Source: an uncultured Gammaproteobacteria bacterium
Lineage (GTDB): Bacteria; Patescibacteriota; Patescibacteriia; Magasanikbacterales; JBBTQS01
Reading direction: 5' to 3'
Length of the DNA: 64,000 nucleotides
NCBI GenBank assembly: GCA_964627525.1
Contig: CAZVIA010000003.1
Span: 21,367-85,366, forward strand
A program made the position numbers and the translations under genes. Shown in pieces: positions 19,628-26,901 of this stretch; positions within the stretch are counted from its first letter, which is position 1, and each line of letters begins with the position of its first letter. The notes below the pieces were generated by a model. The model worked only from the letters and a program-made list of their open reading frames with translations. It made no database searches and was not told where the DNA came from.

Positions 19628-20200
19628 ATGAGAGGAGAAAGAAGACCTGGAGAAGGTTCTAATGCGCGTGAGTTTAAAGCGCCCTCATCACTTTCTGAAG
19701 AAGATCATTATTCTACTTTGGGAGTTTCTAGAAATTCTAGCCCTGCTGAACTTAAAGCAGCTTATCGTGCGTTGGCACAAATCCATCATCCAGATAAAGG
19801 TGGTAATGAGGAAGATTTTAAACTTGTTGGTCAAGCTTTTGAAGTTCTTAGTGATCCAGGTCAGCGTGAGACATATGATCTTACTAAGTTTGCGCCTAGC
19901 AGTCCTGAACAACAAACATACGAAACAGGTGTTAGGCAGCCTACTGAAGAAGAAAAGAGAAGAATGGATGAGGAACTTGCCAAAGATAGAGCCAGAAGAG
20001 AAAAAGAGAGAAAAGAGAGAAAAGAAAAATGGAGAAAAGAACATCCAGAACTTGCAAGACAGCAAGATGAAATTGGGGCAGCTAAAAAAGAAGCAGTAAG
20101 CCAAGTAAAGGAAGATTTAGCCAAAGCAAAGGAAGATTTAGCAAAAATGAAAACTGATTTAAGAGCTAGGGCAGCTGAAATGAAAAGTAAACGGTTCTAA
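19628..20200 (+). CDS. J-domain (DnaJ-like) protein with a K/E-rich coiled-coil tail, copy 1
   Basis: DHYSTLGVSRNSSPAELKAAYRALAQIHHPDKGG...FKLVGQAFEVLSDPGQRETYD is a canonical J-domain with the HPD motif. Confidence 0.75.
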   Translation: MRGERRPGEGSNAREFKAPSSLSEEDHYSTLGVSRNSSPAELKAAYRALAQIHHPDKGGNEEDFKLVGQAFEVLSDPGQRETYDLTKFAPSSPEQQTYETGVRQPTEEEKRRMDEELAKDRARREKERKERKEKWRKEHPELARQQDEIGAAKKEAVSQVKEDLAKAKEDLAKMKTDLRARAAEMKSKRF

Positions 20201-20241
20201 TATTAACATTACCTATCTCAATTTTTACTTGAACTTAGTAG

Positions 20242-20279
20242 TGTTCACTATTGTGAAGGATGTTAGGATTGGGTTTTTT
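20242..20279 (+). repeat. 38-bp junction repeat, copy 4
   Basis: Identical to copy 3. Confidence 0.8.
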
Positions 20280-20343
20280 TAGATATTTTATAATTTCAGT
20301 CGGTATGGTAGTATAGATTATATAAGTTTAATCAAATAAATAT

Positions 20344-20775
20344 ATGAATTTTCAAATAGAAAATTGTGGTTTTTGCCAATATAATAAAACCAAAAATACA
20401 TTCAAAAAAATGAATTTTCAGCCAAGTGGAATTGAAGGTGGAGGTCAAAATAGCGCAGAAAGAGCTGGTTTTTGTAAAGATGGGAATAATCCAGAGACGT
20501 GCGAGACATGTAAAACAGAAAATGAAATTAAATTAATGGAAGCTCAAGCTGAAATTGATAATAGAGCAAAAATAGTGGACGCAGAAGCAGGTGAGTTAAG
20601 AGCACAAAGTATTAGGGCTACTGGTGAGCAAATGCATAGACAGATGGCAGATGATGCAGAAATGACTGCAAGGCAAATGGAGAGGTTTGGTTATGGAAAA
20701 GGTAAAGAAAGGTTAAATACATTTCATGACAAAAACGAAGAATTTTACGATCAAAGAGGTAGAAAAAAAGAATAA
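20344..20775 (+). CDS. hypothetical zinc-ribbon protein, copy 2 (identical)
   Basis: 100% identical duplicate. Confidence 0.5.
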   Translation: MNFQIENCGFCQYNKTKNTFKKMNFQPSGIEGGGQNSAERAGFCKDGNNPETCETCKTENEIKLMEAQAEIDNRAKIVDAEAGELRAQSIRATGEQMHRQMADDAEMTARQMERFGYGKGKERLNTFHDKNEEFYDQRGRKKE

Positions 20776-20845
20776 TAGTTATATAAGGTTATTAAACAGA
20801 AGTTTTTTTGTTTGTGTTAATATAGTAAATATTTAATCAAAAACC

Positions 20846-21418
20846 ATGAGAGGAGAAAGAAGACCTGGAGAAGGTTCTAATGCGCGTGAGTTTAAAGCGC
20901 CCTCATCACTTTCTGAAGAAGATCATTATTCTACTTTGGGAGTTTCTAGAAATTCTAGCCCTGCTGAACTTAAAGCAGCTTATCGTGCGTTGGCACAAAT
21001 CCATCATCCAGATAAAGGTGGTAATGAGGAAGATTTTAAACTTGTTGGTCAAGCTTTTGAAGTTCTTAGTGATCCAGGTCAGCGTGAGACATATGATCTT
21101 ACTAAGTTTGCGCCTAGCAGTCCTGAACAACAAACATACGAAACAGGTGTTAGGCAGCCTACTGAAGAAGAAAAGAGAAGAATGGATGAGGAACTTGCCA
21201 AAGATAGAGCCAGAAGAGAAAAAGAGAGAAAAGAGAGAAAAGAAAAATGGAGAAAAGAACATCCAGAACTTGCAAGACAGCAAGATGAAATTGGGGCAGC
21301 TAAAAAAGAAGCAGTAAGCCAAGTAAAGGAAGATTTAGCCAAAGCAAAGGAAGATTTAGCAAAAATGAAAACTGATTTAAGAGCTAGGGCAGCTGAAATG
21401 AAAAGTAAACGGTTCTAA
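20846..21418 (+). CDS. J-domain protein, copy 2 (identical)
   Basis: 100% identical duplicate. Confidence 0.75.
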   Translation: MRGERRPGEGSNAREFKAPSSLSEEDHYSTLGVSRNSSPAELKAAYRALAQIHHPDKGGNEEDFKLVGQAFEVLSDPGQRETYDLTKFAPSSPEQQTYETGVRQPTEEEKRRMDEELAKDRARREKERKERKEKWRKEHPELARQQDEIGAAKKEAVSQVKEDLAKAKEDLAKMKTDLRARAAEMKSKRF

Positions 21419-21459
21419 TATTAACATTACCTATCTCAATTTTTACTTGAACTTAGTAG

Positions 21460-21497
21460 TGTTCACTATTGTAGAGGATGTTAGAACTGGGTTTTAT
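21460..21497 (+). repeat. 38-bp junction repeat, copy 5 (variant TGTTCACTATTGTAGAGGATGTTAGAACTGGGTTTTAT)
   Basis: The palindrome is disrupted (GTAGA instead of GTGAA); this copy ends the duplicated block. Confidence 0.75.
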
Positions 21498-21539
21498 TTG
21501 ACTTGATTTAGTAAATATGCTAATTTCAATATAGATTAC

Positions 21540-21700
21540 AATTTAATATAAACGTATCCAGAGAGTAGAGATGTTAAGGGAATTGACCCAAAGCTCTACC
21601 CGCAACCTATTTGTTTAGGTGCGAAATTCAACCCTATTGGGATAGATACTAGGAATCACTGGATGACGTCGCCCTTAAGGTGACTTTTTATTTTAGTTAT
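21540..21700 (+). promoter_or_regulatory. structured GC-richer leader ending in an intrinsic terminator (riboswitch- or attenuator-like)
   Basis: Several local hairpins (GTAGAG...CTCTAC; CGCAACCT...AGGTGCG). A terminator GUCGCC-cuuaa-GGUGAC followed by TTTTTATTTT lies at about 21665-21700, immediately upstream of the ORF at 21711. Confidence 0.35.
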
Positions 21701-21710
21701 CAAGGTCATC

Positions 21711-21962
21711 TTGTGGGCGACATCATCAAAAAACAGCCTTGCATCAATTCCGATGCAAGGTGTTGTTTTTTGTAAAAAGCCCAAAAAGAGAGTGACTATG
21801 GCCTGGGAAGGAATGAGAAAGTGTGTTTTCTGTCGCAGTGCTTGGTGTAAGTGTGGAAATCTGAGAAGAGAAAGAGAAAGGGTAAAGGCTGGTGGGAAGA
21901 GAAATAAATCAAGAACCTACACCAACAAGACTCCTCGGCTAGGGATTGTGAGGGTAAACTAA
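21711..21962 (+). CDS. small Cys- and K/R-rich hypothetical protein of 83 aa
   Basis: ORF with FCKKPKK...CVFCRSAWCKCGN. Weak evidence; could be non-coding. Confidence 0.25.
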   Translation: MWATSSKNSLASIPMQGVVFCKKPKKRVTMAWEGMRKCVFCRSAWCKCGNLRRERERVKAGGKRNKSRTYTNKTPRLGIVRVN

Positions 21963-21977
21963 ATAAACAACACAAAC

Positions 21978-22018
21978 AAGAAAACCGTTGTGTATAACAC
22001 ATAGCGGTTTTTCTTTTA
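21978..22018 (+). terminator. rho-independent terminator
   Basis: ACCGUUGUGU-auaa-CACAUAGCGGU stem with G-U pairs, followed by TTTTTCTTTT. Confidence 0.5.
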
Positions 22019-22022
22019 AAAA

Positions 22023-22060
22023 ATGTTCACTATTGTGAAGGATGTTAGAACTGGGTTTTG
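22023..22060 (+). repeat. 38-bp junction repeat, copy 6
   Basis: TGTTCACTATTGTGAAGGATGTTAGAACTGGGTTTTGT; the last copy, abutting the ABC-transporter operon. Confidence 0.8.
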
Positions 22061-22118
22061 TGTACCCCATGGTGTGTAACACTATATTATTTAGATTGGG
22101 TATGTCATTTCTATTTTC

Positions 22119-22910
22119 TTAACAGAGGATGTCAAGATCAGTTTTAGTGGCATTGCCAGTCCAATGTATAATTTTTCTTTCCAAAATACTGAATAATTTG
22201 TTCAGAGTAAAACCTAATAATCCGACAATAATTATATAAGCATAAAGTTCAGCGATTTTATAAGTAATGTAACTGTCGTAAATTTTTTGTCCTAAACCAA
22301 ATTTTGTTCCTATAAACATTTCTGTAACCACTACCACAATTAATGCTAAAGAGATTGCTACTCGTAAACCGATTGCAATTTGAGGCAGTGCAGCAGGAAT
22401 AATTATTCTTTTGATCAGCTGATATTTCGATGCATTATATATTTTTCCAACTTTAATCATTAGATGGTGGATATTCCAAACACCGAGTATTGTGTTTATT
22501 TGTATAATCCAAAAGCAAATAAAGACAGTAATAACTATTTTTGATAAGTCTCCAATTCCAAAGAATAGCAAAAATAAAGGGAAAAGAGCTGTGGCAGGAA
22601 GTGCGCGAAAGAATTCAATAGTTCCTTCTAAAAGAGAAAAGAGTTTTTTGTTTAGTCCAATTATAATTCCACACGATATGCCAAAGAAAGCGGCAATGAG
22701 AAATCCTGTAAAAGTTCTATAAAATGTTTCTTGTAAATCAATTAAGTAGTCATGACTCACAATGATGAGAAAGACTTCTTTTATGTTTGGAAGATAGAAT
22801 TGATTTATCTTGAATAGATAATTTGAAGCTGCCCAAATTAATAAGAACGAGATAGGTATCAAAAGAGGGGTGATGAATTTTTTACATTTTAATAGTTTAG
22901 TTTTCATCAT
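22119..22910 (-). CDS. ABC transporter permease (nitrate/sulfonate/bicarbonate, SsuC/TauC-like family)
   Basis: Six TM helices with an EAA-like loop; overlaps the upstream substrate-binding protein gene by 14 bp. Confidence 0.7.
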   Translation of the reverse strand: MMKTKLLKCKKFITPLLIPISFLLIWAASNYLFKINQFYLPNIKEVFLIIVSHDYLIDLQETFYRTFTGFLIAAFFGISCGIIIGLNKKLFSLLEGTIEFFRALPATALFPLFLLFFGIGDLSKIVITVFICFWIIQINTILGVWNIHHLMIKVGKIYNASKYQLIKRIIIPAALPQIAIGLRVAISLALIVVVVTEMFIGTKFGLGQKIYDSYITYKIAELYAYIIIVGLLGFTLNKLFSILERKIIHWTGNATKTDLDILC

Positions 22911-23886
22911 TGGCTTTTTTTAAGTACCGTGGCTCTATTAAGTTTATGTAGTCAATTTTTTGTTTAGGATCAAACCATTCTTTTTCTAGTGTCAATTCAT
23001 CAAGTAAATCATCTTCGAGACTAATTTTAAAAGTATATTTATCCCAACTATCTTTAAGCTGGTCTTTATCCATTCCAGTTATATCAGAGACTATTTCTAT
23101 TGATTTGTTTCGATCTTGTTGGATAAAGTCAGTCGCATCAATTAAAGCTTTTTGAAATGCAATTATTGTTGTCTGGTTAGCCTCATTTTCAAGAAAAGAA
23201 TCAGTTGCCATTGTTAGATATGGTAAGGCATGCAATCCTTTTTCTTTGCCAAAAATTATTATTTTGTCAGCTCCGATTAAATTAGTTGTGTTTGTTATAA
23301 ATGGTTCCCATGCACAGAAAGCATCGAGCTCCTTATTTTGTAGTGCACTTGGTAATGCTAGTGGCTGATTAAGTTTAATCAATTCATAAGTATCTTTTTC
23401 AATTCCAACTTCCTTTAGAGTATTGATAATAGCTAATTGTGTTATTGTTCCTTTTACATAACCAATCTTTTTGTTTTGTAAGTCAGATAATGTATTAATG
23501 TTTGAATCAATTCGTGCAATTATTTGAAAATCATCAGCCAATGTGACTTGATTAATTATTTTTACATCTCCTCTCTGAAATGAAAAATGCACAAAAGGAG
23601 TAACTCCAGTTGATGCAAATTGAGCTTTATTAGATGTTAGTGCATGCAGTGTTTCAAGACCTGTTGTAAAATAAACCATCTCAACATCTAGACCGTTTTT
23701 TTTAAAGAATTCTTTTTCCTTGGCGATGATATATGGTGCTGCCAAAGGAATTTTATGTGTAGCAAAAACAATAGAGCGTGTTTCTTGTTGAGATTCTTGA
23801 ATCGAATTGTTGGGTAAGAGATAGAATAGTCCAAAAATGGCTATTAAAGATAATATTACAAGTATTGGGTAGAGAATTTTTTTCAT
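22897..23886 (-). CDS. ABC transporter substrate-binding protein (NMT1/SsuA-like)
   Basis: N-terminal signal anchor plus a periplasmic binding-protein fold pattern. Located between the ATPase and permease genes. Confidence 0.6.
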   Translation of the reverse strand: MKKILYPILVILSLIAIFGLFYLLPNNSIQESQQETRSIVFATHKIPLAAPYIIAKEKEFFKKNGLDVEMVYFTTGLETLHALTSNKAQFASTGVTPFVHFSFQRGDVKIINQVTLADDFQIIARIDSNINTLSDLQNKKIGYVKGTITQLAIINTLKEVGIEKDTYELIKLNQPLALPSALQNKELDAFCAWEPFITNTTNLIGADKIIIFGKEKGLHALPYLTMATDSFLENEANQTTIIAFQKALIDATDFIQQDRNKSIEIVSDITGMDKDQLKDSWDKYTFKISLEDDLLDELTLEKEWFDPKQKIDYINLIEPRYLKKANDEN

Positions 23887-23905
23887 ATGTTTATTTAATT
23901 ATTGG

Positions 23906-24661
23906 TTATAATTGATTAAGATATGACAATAAAATTTTATTTTTAAATGTTGCAAAGTTTGAACTACCAATGATTTTTGTGTTTCTTGGATAAGGTAGTG
24001 GATTTTTAAATATATTTGATATGGTTGTTGGTTTATTGCTTAATAGAACAATTTTTTGTGCCAGAAAAATCGCTTCATCTATATCATGAGAAACATATAT
24101 TGTAGTGATCTTTTTTTTCATCCATATATCATGTAGTTTTGTTAATAAAAATAATTTTGTTTGATAATCAAGTGACGAAAGAGGTTCATCAAGTAGATAT
24201 AAGTCTGGTTCAATAATTAATCCTCGTAAAATAGATATCATTTGTTGTTGCCCACCACTTAGTTGATAAGGGTATTGATTGAGATCTGTGTTTATGTTTA
24301 AGTTTTTACATATTTGGGAAAAAAGTTTTTTTTGCTCCAACTTGTTAATGTGTCTTAGTTTGAGAGGGAATAGTATATTGTCTTTTACTTTAAGCCAAGG
24401 GAAAAGTGATTTTCTGTAATCTTGGAATACCATTGCAATATTAGGTTTTTTCTTATTTTGGTTATTAATAGAAAACACTCCATTTGTTGCTTTGGTCAAA
24501 TTACTTATTATTTCAAGTAAGGTAGTCTTTCCACATCCGTTTGGACCTAAGAGAGCAACAAATTCACCTTGTTGAATGTTTAGATTTATCTGTTTGAGAA
24601 CCTCGACAGGGTGGTCTTTGTTTGAAGTGTAATTTTTACTAATATTAGTTAGTTTAAGCAT
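23906..24661 (-). CDS. ABC transporter ATP-binding protein
   Basis: Walker A GPNGCGKTT, signature LSGGQQQ, Walker B LLDEP. Confidence 0.85.
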   Translation of the reverse strand: MLKLTNISKNYTSNKDHPVEVLKQINLNIQQGEFVALLGPNGCGKTTLLEIISNLTKATNGVFSINNQNKKKPNIAMVFQDYRKSLFPWLKVKDNILFPLKLRHINKLEQKKLFSQICKNLNINTDLNQYPYQLSGGQQQMISILRGLIIEPDLYLLDEPLSSLDYQTKLFLLTKLHDIWMKKKITTIYVSHDIDEAIFLAQKIVLLSNKPTTISNIFKNPLPYPRNTKIIGSSNFATFKNKILLSYLNQL

Positions 24662-24711
24662 ATTTGTCTTTATATACTTTACAATACTATACTAATCTAG
24701 TATGTTAAATA

Positions 24712-25560
24712 GTGTCGTCGACATGCGACAACAAATATAAATTTATGCTTGAAAAGGTATTTATTAAATTAAATTTGGATGAAAAACATACTAGGGTTTA
24801 CTTAACACTTTTTGAAGAGAGTGTTTCGACTGCTGGTAAATTATCAAAGAAGTTAAGTATTCCTCGTTCTACTTTGTATGGTTTGCTATATGATTTAAAT
24901 AAAAAAGGCTTGGTAATTCAAAGTGAAAAACAAGGAATAAAAGTATGGCAGGCTGAATCACCTGATAAGTTAAAACATTTAATCAATAATGAAATTAATA
25001 ATTTGGAAGATTTAAATTTGAACTTATCTACATTAATTACTGAATTGAAAAACAAGGAAAAACAAGATTTTGTTAGTCCTAAATTTAGCTATTTTGAAGG
25101 TCCTGATGCTTTAAGGCAAATGCTTAAAGATGTGTTATGTTATAGAAATATCGATACTATTGCTTTTTGGCCAATTAGTGAAATGATAAAAATATTAGGA
25201 AAAGATTTTTTTATATATTCTAATAAGGAAAGAATTAAGCGTAACATTTCTGCAAAAGTACTTTGGCCAAATGATAGGCAGGTGGATTTAAAAGATAATG
25301 TATTTTTAGGAGTGGGGAATGATTTTAAAAGAGAAATTAGAATTGCTCCCAAAAACATAGATTGTTCTATGGGATATTGGGCATATGAAAACAAAGCAGC
25401 TTTTTTGTCTTCAAAAAAAGAAAGCTTTGGTTTTATTGTTGAAAGTGTTGAATTAAAGCAGTTGTTAGAAACTCAATTTAATGTTTTGTGGGAATTATCA
25501 AAGTCTATAAAACCACAAAAAGCTCACACACAAAAATTTATTAATGAGCTGAACTTGTAA
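24712..25560 (+). CDS. TrmB-family-like HTH regulator, paralogue of 18205-19038; divergent from the ABC operon
   Basis: Same architecture and alignable residues (RVYLTLFE...STLYGLLYDLNKKGLV...PDKLKHLIN). The true start may be the internal Met at about 24745. Confidence 0.5.
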   Translation: MSSTCDNKYKFMLEKVFIKLNLDEKHTRVYLTLFEESVSTAGKLSKKLSIPRSTLYGLLYDLNKKGLVIQSEKQGIKVWQAESPDKLKHLINNEINNLEDLNLNLSTLITELKNKEKQDFVSPKFSYFEGPDALRQMLKDVLCYRNIDTIAFWPISEMIKILGKDFFIYSNKERIKRNISAKVLWPNDRQVDLKDNVFLGVGNDFKREIRIAPKNIDCSMGYWAYENKAAFLSSKKESFGFIVESVELKQLLETQFNVLWELSKSIKPQKAHTQKFINELNL

Positions 25561-25830
25561 ATAGTTCTAATTTCCACATAAGTTATTTCGATTATCCTTT
25601 AAGTTTACAAAAATGGTTTCCACTTTTGGATGCGCTCAGAACTATGAATTGAGGTAATTATAAAGATTTTTTCAAGGTGACTAACCTTTCAATTGAAGAA
25701 GTTTTTGTTTGATTATTTCTTTTAGACCTGCTTTTTCTAATTTTATTTTTTTGTTTGTAAGAGATTATACCTAAAATTTCTACTATGAATCCTATTAATG
25801 TTCCTGTGATCGATAATTTTTATATTAAAA

Positions 25831-26901
25831 TTAACTATTACCTTTTTTAATATTACAAGGTCTACACAAGAGTTGTGCATTTGAAAGCACTGTTCTACCC
25901 CCTTTACTCCACGGATCTACGTGATCCATAGAAAGCTCTTCAGTGTAAAAGTATTTATTACAAATTTTGCATTTATATTTGCCTTCATTGTTAGGCTTTT
26001 GTTTTTTTAAGAATTCTTTTTTATCATCAATAGAAAATAGTCGTTTATCATCAACACTAATATTTTTCACTATAGCTTGGATAATGTCTTCGATCTCCTG
26101 TGCCTTATTAGTCAACTTTGCATCATCGCTTTTTAAATATTTTTTGACTCTTAAATTAATTTCATCTTTATTCTTTTTCCATATTACTGAATCTTTGATA
26201 TATTTTCTGGCCAAGTTGAAATAAATATCCAACTGGCCATAACTGTTAAATATATTACTTATAAATTTAATGTATTTAGTAATATCTTTTTGATCAGTAA
26301 CAAACGATTCATTTTGGTTTTGACTTACATAATCATTTATATTAGCTGTGTCTTTTGGTAAATTTCTTAAGATCATTAGTAGTTTTAATATTTTATATTG
26401 ATTTTTTCCACGACTATTAGAGCCCAACACTTTTATGGCATCTCTGTCTTGTTTTGCGTATGTAGATAACCCTCTTAAATATTCACCATAAAAAAGACCA
26501 TTTAACACTTCGTAGTTAGATAAAGGTACGCCTAAGGTGTTTATTCTTCTAAAGATTTCTCTTTTCAACTCCTCCTTTCCTTCACAAATTATTATTGAGA
26601 GTTCGGTTTTATTTATTATTTCTTGAGTTTTTTTGTCTGTCTGTTTCCAAAGTTTTTCCTCGAATAGTATGTCATTTTCAATGAATTTTTTTATTGCTTC
26701 AATTCTTTGTTTTCCATCTAAAACTTCTAGTATGCCCTTTTTATTTTTCCAAAAGTAAAAAGCTGGCAATGGAATTCCTTTAACAATACTGTCTACAACC
26801 AATATTTGCTTATTAGTGTCGTAGACAATTTCCCTTTGAAGTTCAATATCACTAATAATTTTGCCATCCCTTACTTCCTCGTATAAGTGTTTTATGTTCA
26901 T
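25831..26901 (-). CDS. DUF262 (ParB/GmrS-like) N-terminal domain fused to a C-terminal HNH nuclease; GmrSD-like putative restriction endonuclease
   Basis: LEVLDGKQRIEAI, the DGQQR motif of DUF262, at the N-terminus. The C-terminal CKICNKY...DHVDPWSKGG...CRPCNIKKG is an HNH motif. Confidence 0.65.
   Translation of the reverse strand: MNIKHLYEEVRDGKIISDIELQREIVYDTNKQILVVDSIVKGIPLPAFYFWKNKKGILEVLDGKQRIEAIKKFIENDILFEEKLWKQTDKKTQEIINKTELSIIICEGKEELKREIFRRINTLGVPLSNYEVLNGLFYGEYLRGLSTYAKQDRDAIKVLGSNSRGKNQYKILKLLMILRNLPKDTANINDYVSQNQNESFVTDQKDITKYIKFISNIFNSYGQLDIYFNLARKYIKDSVIWKKNKDEINLRVKKYLKSDDAKLTNKAQEIEDIIQAIVKNISVDDKRLFSIDDKKEFLKKQKPNNEGKYKCKICNKYFYTEELSMDHVDPWSKGGRTVLSNAQLLCRPCNIKKGNS

Larger units (their letters stand above)
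19024..21459 (+). repeat. exact tandem duplication of 2 x 1218 bp (19024-20241 and 20242-21459)
   Basis: The ORF pairs 19126-19557/20344-20775 and 19628-20200/20846-21418 are amino-acid-identical and the intervening DNA is identical. Each unit begins with a junction repeat. Confidence 0.9.

Noticed and set aside
19662-20124. Alternative-frame ORFs (19662-20099 plus strand; 19688-20104 and 19861-20124 minus strand) and their duplicates at 20880-21342
   Set aside because: They lie within the K/E-rich coiled-coil coding region of the J-domain gene. AAG/GAA-rich repeats stay open in several frames, and the J-domain frame is the only one with a recognisable fold.
17152-22060. Calling the six junction repeats canonical integron attC sites
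   Set aside because: The repeats are only about 38 bp with a single 5-bp palindrome. The core is GTTAGAA or GTTAGGA rather than a strict GTTRRRY, and no intI is visible. The idea is kept only as a hypothesis to test.
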